Source of the DNA: Nitrospirota bacterium
GTDB lineage: Bacteria > Nitrospirota > UBA9217
Length of the DNA: 64,000 bases
Assembly (NCBI GenBank): GCA_963790205.1
Contig: CAWBNQ010000006.1
Coordinates: 1-64,000, forward strand
Reading direction: 5' to 3'
The position numbers were made by a program, and so were the translations under genes. The notes below the pieces were generated by a model. That model saw nothing but the letters and a program-made list of their open reading frames with translations, was not told the DNA's origin and searched no databases. This document shows positions 52,678-62,189 of the stretch, piece by piece; within the stretch, counting starts at the first letter, position 1, and each line of letters begins with the position of its first letter.

Positions 52678-53985
52678 TCATGCCGCTTTTTTATTCGCGG
52701 CCTCATCCTCCTGTTTGAGATATTTCGGATCAAAGCATTCTTTTTTTTTCATCAGCGTCCAAGCGATAACCAGGAGCTTCGCGGCCAGCTTGACGCGCAT
52801 CTTTGTGACGATGCCTTTCTCCTTTGCCCGGCCCTTGAGCTTGTTCGTAAAGTAGGTGATAAAGTCCTTGTTCTTAAGCGAGGCGATAAATGCCGCCTGA
52901 TACAGTCCGTAGCGGAGATCGGCCTTGCCTTGCTTGGAGATGACCGGTATCGCGCTGGTGGACTTCTTGCCACTTCGATCCGCGCACAGGTCGAGGCCTG
53001 CCATTTTCAATACCTGCTTGGCGCTCGTAAAGCGGCGTGGATTTCCAATGGCCCCAAGCACCTTTGAGGAAACATCCGGTCCGAACCCCGGAATGCTCAG
53101 CAAGTAGGTGTACTCCGGAAATTCCATGCAGGCATCTTCGAGTTTTTCCTCCACCGACTTGATGGTTTGCCTGATCTGCTTCAGGCCGTCCACCATGACT
53201 TGAGCTTCGAAAGACGCCGCTTCTCCCATAGTGCAGCCGATGGAATCAACCGCGGCCCTCCAGATCATTCCCACCCTGCGGCCCTTCGCCAGCGTCATTT
53301 TGCCCGGCGCGACGGTGCGGCAGAAGGCATCGTATTCCATGCCGGCGATCTCCGAGGGGTCAAGACATTCCCTTACCACCGTCAGGGTTTCCGATGGGCC
53401 GTAGTGTTGGTCCAACTCGGGGAAATACTGCGCGATGAGGTGATTGCGAACACATACGCTCATGCCGTGTTCCCTTCTCTTTAAACGCCGTTTGAGTGCG
53501 ATCAGGACGCGCACGTTCCGCAGTGTCATCAGGGGGTATTCGTAAAACAGGCACTTCCCCTGGGCGATAAGATCTGCGACGTTTGCCGCGTCTTTGACGT
53601 CATGTTTGTCCCAGCGGCCGTCCAGAAGCTGCCGGTTGTTCTTGACCGCGACGCCTCCCACGAGAACGACCATGTGCCCGCACTTGATCAGATGCTCCGC
53701 CAGGGGCTTGTGATAGTTCGCCGTCGGCTCGATTCCGAAAACGACCGTGGTCAGGCTATATTGAACTTTGATTCGCTCGACATAGGCGAGCAGCTTTTGA
53801 AAGCCTTCAAGCGTGTTGTCAAAGACCAGATTCTTAACCAGCGTTTTTCCGCGTGCCGTACCGAAAAAAGCGTTGTGCTTCTCCTTGGCCGCGTCAATGC
53901 CGACGATCAAATGCTTTTCCGAACCGCGAATTTCTTTCTTCAGTTGAAGAAACTGCTCAAGTCTGATATCATCTACATAATTCAT
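52678..53985 (-). CDS. IS110-family recombinase/transposase
   Basis: VGIDAAK, GIEPT, KHDVKDA (DEDD); SIPGFG, AGL.....SG serine; ISKQG...LR. Confidence 0.93.
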   Translation of the reverse strand: MNYVDDIRLEQFLQLKKEIRGSEKHLIVGIDAAKEKHNAFFGTARGKTLVKNLVFDNTLEGFQKLLAYVERIKVQYSLTTVVFGIEPTANYHKPLAEHLIKCGHMVVLVGGVAVKNNRQLLDGRWDKHDVKDAANVADLIAQGKCLFYEYPLMTLRNVRVLIALKRRLKRREHGMSVCVRNHLIAQYFPELDQHYGPSETLTVVRECLDPSEIAGMEYDAFCRTVAPGKMTLAKGRRVGMIWRAAVDSIGCTMGEAASFEAQVMVDGLKQIRQTIKSVEEKLEDACMEFPEYTYLLSIPGFGPDVSSKVLGAIGNPRRFTSAKQVLKMAGLDLCADRSGKKSTSAIPVISKQGKADLRYGLYQAAFIASLKNKDFITYFTNKLKGRAKEKGIVTKMRVKLAAKLLVIAWTLMKKKECFDPKYLKQEDEAANKKAA

Positions 53986-54159
53986 AGGAACCTCCTGCCA
54001 CAAGAATTTAGTTTCGCTATAAACTTATTCTTAGCAGGAGGTTTCTATTTTGGGTAGTCTTGAAGATAATTTTCCCTATACTTTAATGGGAGAATCTAAC
54101 CTCATGCTCTACCCATATATAACGTAGTGTCCGAAGTGTACTTTCGGACGAAGTCTAAC

Positions 54160-55264
54160 TAATACAAACGCACTAAGTAATGTTACAAAGTCGCCTGACT
54201 TTGTGCTTTGACCACGAGTCAAGCGTCCTTTGGACCGTTGCCCAGATTGCGTCAAGGTTATCAAACCACCGGTTGGTAGTTGATTCATAGCGAATCTGGC
54301 GCCATATGCGTTCCTGCATATTCAAGGCAGGCTGATATGGTGGTAAGTACACAATCCGGAGTCGTTTATGCTTTCTGAGAAACTCCCGGATTGGGTCACC
54401 CCTATGCCAACGAGCTCGGTCAACATACAGCCAGATAGTGTAGCCACGAAGCTGGCTATAAAGGTGCCGCAGCACTTTGAGAAAACCTTCTCGGTTGCCA
54501 CGTTCCGTTTGGATGACGCCGGCACGAGCCAGAAGAGGAGCCACCCAGCCGGAAACATTCAAACGTTTCTGATGCTGGCTGGTTGTCGGCACTTTCAACC
54601 GTTTCCCGATGAGCGCCCAGCCGCGGCCAAGCCGAGGGTGCAGAGTAAAACCGCATTCGTCCTGAAAAACCACAGTTTCTTTAGGACCCAGCGTTTTGAG
54701 TTTTTTTTAGGCTCCTGGCAAACTTCTTCGCGTCTTCTGCCTTTGCCTGGAGATAAACGTGATTGGCTCGCTTTAACCGATACCCAAGTTGATGCATCCA
54801 GTATTGGGCCTGACGGACTTTCAGCTTTATCCCGAACTGGCGCTGTAAATGAGTTGCCAAAGTGGGGCCATCCCATCGAATACGATTTAAGCCGAACTTC
54901 TGGGGCGATTCCTCCAGTTGAAGCTCTAGCTGAGCTACGATCTTAGGAGTCATCCGAACTGGACGGCCTGACTGCTTTTTCGGGACAAGGGCTTCTACTC
55001 CGTCCTTGTTTACCGCCCGCGTCCAGCGGTTTACGTTCATCCGGGTCTGGCCTAGGACTTCTGAGATCCACCCCGGTCGTTGACCCTCCATTACCAAGAG
55101 GAGGGTAGCTATCTTTATGCCGATCCAAGCTCCTGGCACCTTCTCTGCGAGGGCCAGCAATTGCTCTTTGGACACCTTTATTGGGCTTGCAGGGGATGTT
55201 TTCATGCCCCCAGAATAACATAAAGTATGGTTAAAGTGTAACAATATTTACTGCGTTTGTATTA
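54160..55264 (-). mobile_element. IS630-family element with split (frameshifted) transposase, TA target
   Basis: 27-bp TIRs TAATACAAACGCACTAAGTAATGTTAC / GTAACAATATTTACTGCGTTTGTATTA; orfA 54681-55205 (HTH), orfB from 54173 (FQDE, DRARWH, LPPYQPALNMQERIW); A8 run at the overlap. Confidence 0.9.
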
Positions 55265-55279
55265 ATTGGAGAATATCGC

Positions 55280-56830
55280 GTGCCTTATTGTCCAAATCCG
55301 GAGTGCCCGTTCAGAAAACGCTTCGGCGAATCCGCCGAGTACAACCAGGGCACGGCCACGTGTTCTGATTGCGGCACGGCGCTTGTAGCCGATGATCCGC
55401 TCGGGAGGACGGTCAAGCAGAAGAAGGAATTCAGGATGCGCGATGTCCATAAACGCCTCCTGTGGACGCTGGCTCTCCTGGGCTTCTGGACCATCGTGCG
55501 CCATTTTCCCCTGCCGGGCCTCGAGGGTGAAGGCCTGATGCGATGGGCGGCATTGGCGGGGAACCTGGGTCTTCGTGTTTCTCTATTCTCTTTAGGCCTC
55601 ATGCCATACATCACTGCCTGCGTTATCGTTGAGGTCGCCGCATTGCTCGTGCCCCCGTTCAAACAATGGCGTTCCAAGGGCGGGGCGCCTGGTAGAGCGC
55701 GGCTTACACGGGCCGCGATTTTTTTAACTGTTGTGATCGGGATCGTCCACGGCCGCGCTCTCGTTTGGCAATTAGGCAGTATGGCCGATGGTCACGTGCT
55801 TGTTGACAACGGGACGGCATTCAAGTCGCTCCTCGTCCTGACGCTCGTTGCCGCGATGTTTTTTATCATCTGGATAGCCGGTCAGATATCTACACGGGGG
55901 TGCGGTCACGGAATCAGCTTGATACTACTGTCCGGTATGGTGGGAGGGATCCCGCACGACTTCGTGAATGCCCTGCACCTCTACAAGAAAGCGCTTTCCT
56001 CCCCTCAATTTATCATGCCAATGGTGGCGCTTGCCGGCGCGATCATGCTGATAGTCTATATAGAGAGAAGCACCAGGCAAGTTCCGATACGGTATGCCGA
56101 CGGTACGGAGACAACGTTTCCCATTAAACTGACCACTGCCGGAACAACACCGGTTTCGTGGGCGTATTCACTTCTCGTGATCCCCATTTTATTCGTGCCT
56201 TTCAATGTAGCCATTAATGCGGCAACCCGTCCTGTTTCGGCCTGGATCACAGGACATCTCTATCAGGGCTCGCCTGTACACACCGCGGCGAGCGCCATCC
56301 TGATCTTTGTCCTTTACTTTGTTTTTTCGGCCCTGTTCCACAATCCGCGCGAGATGCTCGACTATCTCAGAGAAAGAAATGCATCCGTTCTTCCGGACGA
56401 GACAGAAGGAAAACGGGATATCTACCGGGGATTGGAAGGCATGGCATTTATCGGCAGCTTGTATCTGGTCCTCGTGTTTTTGTCGCTTCAGGTTATCTGG
56501 TGGCTGTTGCAGACGGAGGTCACCCCGGTCAACGGGGTCTCGTTGATCGTAGCAGTATGCATAGCGCTCGATCTGACCGGCGAACTGCTTTTCCGATGGC
56601 GCTCGGACAGCCTTGTACGCATTGCGGAATTCCACGAACCCTGGAAAGCCGGCCTGCTTCGCTCTCTTTTGGAAAAAGAAAAGGTACCCTGTATCGTACG
56701 GGGATATTATCACCGGTCCCTTCTGTATCTATTCGGCCCCTACATAGAGATGCCCGTTCTTGTCGCAGGAAGCAATGAAAACGCCGCGCGGGACGTAATG
56801 AGAAAATACATTGGATCATCTCCTTCTTGA
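55280..56830 (+). CDS. divergent SecY paralog with N-terminal Zn-ribbon and C-terminal DUF2007-like domain
   Basis: Colinear SecY motifs FPLPG, SLFSLGLMPYITA, WIAGQISTRGCGHGISLI, ERSTRQVPIRYA, PIKLTTAGTTP, NPREM, GVSLIVAV; CPNPEC..CSDC at the N-terminus; AGLLRSLLEKEKVPCIVRG at the C-terminus. Confidence 0.8.
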   Translation: MPYCPNPECPFRKRFGESAEYNQGTATCSDCGTALVADDPLGRTVKQKKEFRMRDVHKRLLWTLALLGFWTIVRHFPLPGLEGEGLMRWAALAGNLGLRVSLFSLGLMPYITACVIVEVAALLVPPFKQWRSKGGAPGRARLTRAAIFLTVVIGIVHGRALVWQLGSMADGHVLVDNGTAFKSLLVLTLVAAMFFIIWIAGQISTRGCGHGISLILLSGMVGGIPHDFVNALHLYKKALSSPQFIMPMVALAGAIMLIVYIERSTRQVPIRYADGTETTFPIKLTTAGTTPVSWAYSLLVIPILFVPFNVAINAATRPVSAWITGHLYQGSPVHTAASAILIFVLYFVFSALFHNPREMLDYLRERNASVLPDETEGKRDIYRGLEGMAFIGSLYLVLVFLSLQVIWWLLQTEVTPVNGVSLIVAVCIALDLTGELLFRWRSDSLVRIAEFHEPWKAGLLRSLLEKEKVPCIVRGYYHRSLLYLFGPYIEMPVLVAGSNENAARDVMRKYIGSSPS

Positions 56831-56932
56831 GTGGGTCGAAAAGACAGATGATGTCAACCGAGACAACACGCTTCCAGCTGCTTCAACTGGTCGCTTGTGG
56901 ATTTTTTTTGCACATCCCTTTCGCGTCCTGAA

Positions 56933-57268
56933 TGAAATTTCTGACCCGTCTAAGGCCACGTCCGCTCGCCCGTGCAAACTCGGCCTGCGGCCTCAGACAT
57001 GCGCGTTCGCCCTTCGGGACGCTGCCTTAGGCCTTGACGGGTGCCCAGAAATTTCATAGGGCCGCTCCAGGGACGTGCGGGGTTTGGGGTAAACCCCATG
57101 CGAAGATCCAGGCAGGCGACCGAGTCCGAGGGTGAAGCATTTCGGACTGTCTGAGCCCGAAGGGCGAGTTTCCGAAATGTACCGAGGGCGACCGAGCATG
57201 CCGTAAAGGATATTCGCCGGGTGCCCTTCTTTGGGTCACCTTTCTTGGGCACGCAAGAAAGGTGACAA
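56933..57268. repeat. ~335-bp highly structured non-coding element
   Basis: Three long hairpins; internal inverted pair AAACTCG..CTCAGACA / TGTCTGAG..CGAGTTT; terminal GTCACCTTTCTTG-GGCACG-CAAGAAAGGTGAC. Confidence 0.7.
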
Positions 57269-57340
57269 GGGCAAATATATCATTAACATGACCCGCTCAG
57301 ATGGGAGAAGACCCAATACTTTAATCAGGAGTGAATGACC

Positions 57341-57649
57341 ATGATCAACGTCGTAGCTTCGATCCGGGTGAAGGCAGGCAAGCTTTCCGAGTATCTTGCG
57401 ATCCTGAAAGCCAATATGCACGTAGTTCGAAAGGAAAAGGGATGTATCGAATACGTCCCCACAATCGACGTTGACTCACAACTGCCGCCGCAGGTCCTCG
57501 ATAAGAATTGCGTCACTCTTCTTGAGAGGTGGGAGAGCCTGGAAGCGCTCCATGCGCATCTCGCATCGCCCCATATGCTGGCTTACCGGGAAAAGGTGAA
57601 GGACCTGGTCGAGAGTGTAACGCTCAAAGTACTGCAGGAGGTAAAGTAA
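57341..57649 (+). CDS. putative quinol monooxygenase (ABM family), copy 1
   Basis: V..EKGCIEY...LLERWESLEALHAHLASPHM. Confidence 0.88.
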   Translation: MINVVASIRVKAGKLSEYLAILKANMHVVRKEKGCIEYVPTIDVDSQLPPQVLDKNCVTLLERWESLEALHAHLASPHMLAYREKVKDLVESVTLKVLQEVK

Positions 57650-57673
57650 ATCTCGTCTCGCTATGGAGGTTCC

Positions 57674-59545
57674 ATGAAAAAGATTGTTTTGCTTGCCGTG
57701 TTGTTGCTGATGCGTCTTTCAGTTGCCGTTGCCGAACCGATGTCGGATGCCGACATACCGTTCCGCTATACGAGCGATTCCATCGAATATGACGTGAATG
57801 CGGACGGTTCGTACACGGACACGCAACGATGGTCGACGATCGTTTTAAAGGATAGCGCCTTGCAGGGCTGCAAGTCGGCGTCCGTCACCTTCAGCACGAG
57901 CGTTGCCAAGGGCGAGATACTGGAGGCCTATACGCTCAAACAGTCGGGCAAGCGGATCGACGCGCCGAAAAGCAGTTATCAAGTATCCACGAACGACGGC
58001 TACGCAAGCGGTTCCCCGCTCTACTCCGACGAAACGACGATCACCGTCATGTTTCCGGAACTCGCCGTGGGCGATACCACCGTATTTACGTACCGCGTCA
58101 CCAACCGGGAGGGGATGTTTCCGGATCAATTTTCCATTTACCGCGTATTCTCCCGCTTCCAGGCATATGACGATGTTTCCATCAAAATCACCGCGCCGCG
58201 GACGATGCACGTGCGGACGAAACAATATTTTCTTTCAGCGCAGCCGGTCGTCGAAAAAGACGGCAAACAGATTCTCCAATGGTCATTCCAAAACAGGAAG
58301 CCCGAAAAATGGACGCCCGCGGACACCGGGATCGCCATCGTCGGAGACGAGCCCAGCCTGTACGTTTCCACGTTCGATAGTTATCGGCAGATCGCGGAAG
58401 CATACGCCAAGCGGGCCGTGCCCAAGGCCGCTGTTACGGAACGCGTGAAAGCGCTTGCGTCTCAAATAATCGGTGATAGGCGGACCCCGGAGGCGCGGGC
58501 GCGCGCCCTCTACGACTGGGTGGCCAAGAACATCACCTACGGCGGCAACTGCATCGGGATCGACGCGGTCGTGCCCCGCGACATCGACGTTGTCCTGGAT
58601 AACAGGATGGGAGACTGTAAAGACCATGCCACGCTGATCCAGGCGCTCTTTGCAGCCGAAAACATCGAAAGCGAACCGGCGCTGATCAATGCCGGCGACA
58701 TGTACGAACTGCCTCCGGTGCCCGTGGTCGGCGCAGTCAATCACGTGATCAATTATGTTCCCGGTATGAAGCTGTTCCTCGATTCGACCGCCTCGTACGT
58801 GCCGTTTGGAATGGTCCCTGCCGCGCTCGGGGAAAAGCCCGTGCTGCTGGTGTCGCACTTCCGGGACGGTGCCAGGGTCCCCAGCACGGCCCAATACGGG
58901 CACGAACAAATCATGCGCACGAAAATCCGGATCAATCCCGACGGGACCGCCACCGGTACGACGCAGATCAGCCTGAAAGGCGATCCCGCGATCGGCGCGA
59001 GATATTATATGCGGCGGCTGCGGGGCGATCAGGAGGATTACATGGTCCGGGCGGTGCTGCGATCACAGGGCGTTCACGGCACCGGGACCATCCTGAAAGA
59101 CGATCCCGCGGAACTGCTGGATGCGTACGAGTACGGGTTTACCTTCAAGCTGGAGGACCTGATCGTTGCCGCAAGCACGATCGGCATGCCGATCCAGCCG
59201 GTTGTATCCAGCTCATTGCCGATCTCGGCATTCGTGAGAGGAGCGTATGAACCGACTCCCAAGAAGGCCAATGTATGCTCGGGCGGGCACAGCGTGGAAG
59301 AATACGACTATGTGTTTCCCGCATCGATCACGATCGTCGGCTATCCCAAGGATTTCACCTTCTCCAGTCCCGCCATCGATTACACGGCAACGTATCGAAA
59401 ATCGGGGAATTCCCTGGTCATTAAACGCGAATTGCGCGACAAGACCGCAACGAATGTGTGCACGCCCGGGTATGAAGACGAATATCAAAAAAGCGCTCGT
59501 GCCATCATGCGGGACATAAAAGCCCAGGTGCTCCTGCGCGAATGA
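57674..59545 (+). CDS. exported DUF3857 + transglutaminase-like protein
   Basis: Signal peptide; VNADGSY, FPELAVGD; GDCKDHA, NHVI, LDST triad. Confidence 0.88.
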   Translation: MKKIVLLAVLLLMRLSVAVAEPMSDADIPFRYTSDSIEYDVNADGSYTDTQRWSTIVLKDSALQGCKSASVTFSTSVAKGEILEAYTLKQSGKRIDAPKSSYQVSTNDGYASGSPLYSDETTITVMFPELAVGDTTVFTYRVTNREGMFPDQFSIYRVFSRFQAYDDVSIKITAPRTMHVRTKQYFLSAQPVVEKDGKQILQWSFQNRKPEKWTPADTGIAIVGDEPSLYVSTFDSYRQIAEAYAKRAVPKAAVTERVKALASQIIGDRRTPEARARALYDWVAKNITYGGNCIGIDAVVPRDIDVVLDNRMGDCKDHATLIQALFAAENIESEPALINAGDMYELPPVPVVGAVNHVINYVPGMKLFLDSTASYVPFGMVPAALGEKPVLLVSHFRDGARVPSTAQYGHEQIMRTKIRINPDGTATGTTQISLKGDPAIGARYYMRRLRGDQEDYMVRAVLRSQGVHGTGTILKDDPAELLDAYEYGFTFKLEDLIVAASTIGMPIQPVVSSSLPISAFVRGAYEPTPKKANVCSGGHSVEEYDYVFPASITIVGYPKDFTFSSPAIDYTATYRKSGNSLVIKRELRDKTATNVCTPGYEDEYQKSARAIMRDIKAQVLLRE

Positions 59546-59727
59546 TTCGTGGAAGCATTCGAGGGACGTTGTGTCCGAAAGTGACTTTATTGTCCAAATC
59601 CGGAGTGCCCGTTCAGAAGACGCTTTGGCGAGTCCGCCGGCTCTTGACATGGTTTCCTACAGGACTTTTAGGAGTTCATCTCACGGCCTGATATTTTTTT
59701 ATTCAATTATCAAATGAGGAGCCGACC

Positions 59728-60036
59728 ATGATCAACGTTGTAGCTTCGATCCGGGTGAAGGCAGGCAAGCTTTCCGAGTATCTTGCGATCCTGAAAGCCA
59801 ATATGCCAGCGGTGAAAAGGGAAAAGGGATGTATCGAATACGTCCCCACAATCGACGTTGACACAAAACTGCCGCCGCAGGTCCTCGATAAGAATTGCGT
59901 CACTCTTCTTGAGAGGTGGGAGAGCCTGGAAGCACTCCATGCGCATCTCGCATCGCCTCATATGCTGGATTACCGGGAAAAAGTGAAGGACATGGTCGAG
60001 AGTGTAACGGTCAAAGTAGTGCAGGAAGTCAAATGA
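59728..60036 (+). CDS. putative quinol monooxygenase (ABM family), copy 2
   Basis: About 90% identical to 57341-57649. Confidence 0.88.
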   Translation: MINVVASIRVKAGKLSEYLAILKANMPAVKREKGCIEYVPTIDVDTKLPPQVLDKNCVTLLERWESLEALHAHLASPHMLDYREKVKDMVESVTVKVVQEVK

Positions 60037-60162
60037 TCACCGGCTGCGGCACGCTCATCGTTTTTCTCGCAGTACTTACATGAGCGGTAACTTAACTTCC
60101 TTGACATGATTCTGCAATCGCATATAATCATGCCATCCTATCTTTATCTTCGGGAGGGAACA

Positions 60163-61278
60163 ATGGCTAAGTCTTTCCGCGGCAAATTGATCGTTCTGCT
60201 CTTCCTTCTGATGGTCCCTGTGTCCTGCAATAACAATAATAACCAGTCTCCCTTGACCGTTCCCGATCTAACATGGACGCTTTCCACGATCGACAGCGCC
60301 GGATCGGTCGGGGTCGCGTCTTCGATCGCGAGAGATTCAAAGGACAAAATGCATATCAGCTATTACGACGGCACCAACGACGCGGTAAAGTATATTTCCA
60401 ACACGACCGGGACCTGGTCGTCTTCGACCGTAGACACCACTATCGGCAATGTTGCGGGCAACGTCAGTACCGCGATAGCAGTGGACTCGACGGACAGGGT
60501 ACATATCAGCTACGGGAGCTATACCCGCAATAAACTCATGTATGCGACTGTTTCAGCCGGCACCTGGACCACCTCTACGGTGGACAGCGCGACCATCCGC
60601 CATACTTCCATTGCAACCGATTCGCTTAATAACGTACACATCAGCTATTACGACCAGGGAACGGGCGCATACAAGTACGCCACCAATGCGACCGGTTCGT
60701 GGGTCACCACGACCCTTGATACGTCATTCTCAGAAGGTTCTTGTTCGATAGCAGTCGATTCGAGCGATAAGGTCCATGTGGCCTATATCGGATCGAGCAC
60801 GGGGGCCAACAATGATGTGATGTATGCAACGAATGCCTCGGGAACATGGACAAGATCAACGATCGTTCCGGGGGGGTCGGACAGCGTATCCGGGGTGTCG
60901 ATCGCCAGGGATTCCCAGGACAAAATGCATATCAGCTATTATGGTGCGGGCAATGCCGGACTGATGTACGCGACGAATGCTTTTGGCGCGTGGACAACGG
61001 AAGTGATAGACAATAGGGCATCCGCCGGACTTGTCTCGTCGATCGCCGTGGATCCGCACGATAACCTGCATGTTGCATACAGCTACTTTGCGTCCGATGG
61101 AAACTATTTGATGTACGCTACGCGGGAGGACGGCGTCTGGTGGTCATGGACTCTCGACAACGTCGGCGTTATGGGCTTCTCTTGCTCGATAACAGCGGAT
61201 TCCCATGACAGGCCGCATATCAGTTATTGGGACGGGAATTTCCCGAATCAGGACCTGAAATATGCGACTGCTGAGTAA
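60163..61278 (+). CDS. beta-propeller repeat lipoprotein
   Basis: Lipobox PVSC; ~7 repeats of SIAxDSxDxxHISY...LxYATNAxGxW. Confidence 0.8.
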   Translation: MAKSFRGKLIVLLFLLMVPVSCNNNNNQSPLTVPDLTWTLSTIDSAGSVGVASSIARDSKDKMHISYYDGTNDAVKYISNTTGTWSSSTVDTTIGNVAGNVSTAIAVDSTDRVHISYGSYTRNKLMYATVSAGTWTTSTVDSATIRHTSIATDSLNNVHISYYDQGTGAYKYATNATGSWVTTTLDTSFSEGSCSIAVDSSDKVHVAYIGSSTGANNDVMYATNASGTWTRSTIVPGGSDSVSGVSIARDSQDKMHISYYGAGNAGLMYATNAFGAWTTEVIDNRASAGLVSSIAVDPHDNLHVAYSYFASDGNYLMYATREDGVWWSWTLDNVGVMGFSCSITADSHDRPHISYWDGNFPNQDLKYATAE

Positions 61279-61404
61279 CCCCGACCGGGAAAAAGCCGGG
61301 GCACACCAAGTTAATCGGAACCTCATAGGTGCCCTTTATATGGTTATCAGGGCTTTACTGTTTGACTTTACTTTTTTTATTTCCATCTTCTCTTCCTGAC
61401 ACCT

Positions 61405-62041
61405 ATGCGATCGAATGGTCCGATAACCCGCCGTCAGAAGGCGCGGCCGCAGCATCAGCGCAGCAGCGTTGAGGTCGACGTCGAGTCGCTCCTGTCGCTC
61501 GAGAACCGCTGCAGCGGCTGCGCCAAAGGCGAGCGGTGCTGCTGCTCGTCGTACGAGGTCTGCGTTACCACGGCGGAGCTCAAAAGGATCATCAAGGTCC
61601 TGCCCGAGGCCGCCAAGCTCTGCCCCCATCTCCTGACCGCGGGCGGCTACGACAACGTGTTCGAGGAAGAGGAACCCGGGCTTTTTTCCATCGACACGAC
61701 CGAGGACGGCCTCTGCCTCTTCGCCTACTGGTCCCACGGCCGGACCCGCTGCTCCCTGCACACCGTCGCCAAGACGCTCGGTCTGCCCCTGGAGCAGGTG
61801 AAGCCGAAGGTCTGCCTTCTCTGGCCCATGCACTTCTCGGAAGGTCGTGAGGTCCTTTCCATGATCAACGACGCTTTTCTGTTCATTTGCAATGTTCGGA
61901 AAGCGCCGGGTTCGCGGCAGTCTGAGCCCCGGCTTTGTCGAGGCGATCGAGCTGGTGTACGGAGAGGGATGCGGGACCCAGGTGAAGCACGCGGCGAAGA
62001 ACGGGGAGCGGCGCGCGCTTTTGGTTGCTCGGAGGCAGTAA
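61405..62041 (+). CDS. Cys-rich DUF3109-like protein (probable indel near 61920)
   Basis: CSGC...CCC, CLFA, CSLH, KPKVCLLWP; a shifted frame gives LSPGFVEAIELVYG...RRQ*. Confidence 0.6.
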
Positions 62042-62189
62042 TGGACAGTGCGGAGTGCGCGTGAACCAAAAAAAGGTTTGAGGCTCCGCGTGAAATGGGT
62101 TCTTTTTTAGCTTTTGACTTTATCCGCGTTCCTTGCTAATCTGTCGTCCATTAACCGGCGTTCCACGGGAACAGGAAAGAGGCAATTGG

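Larger units (their letters stand above)
52355..54121 (-). mobile_element. IS110-family element (long downstream non-coding end, IS1111-like layout)
   Basis: DEDD recombinase; ATA core at both junctions (52355-57, 54119-21); the rejoined flanks GGGGACATAACGT match a free site at 42627-42639. Confidence 0.85.
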
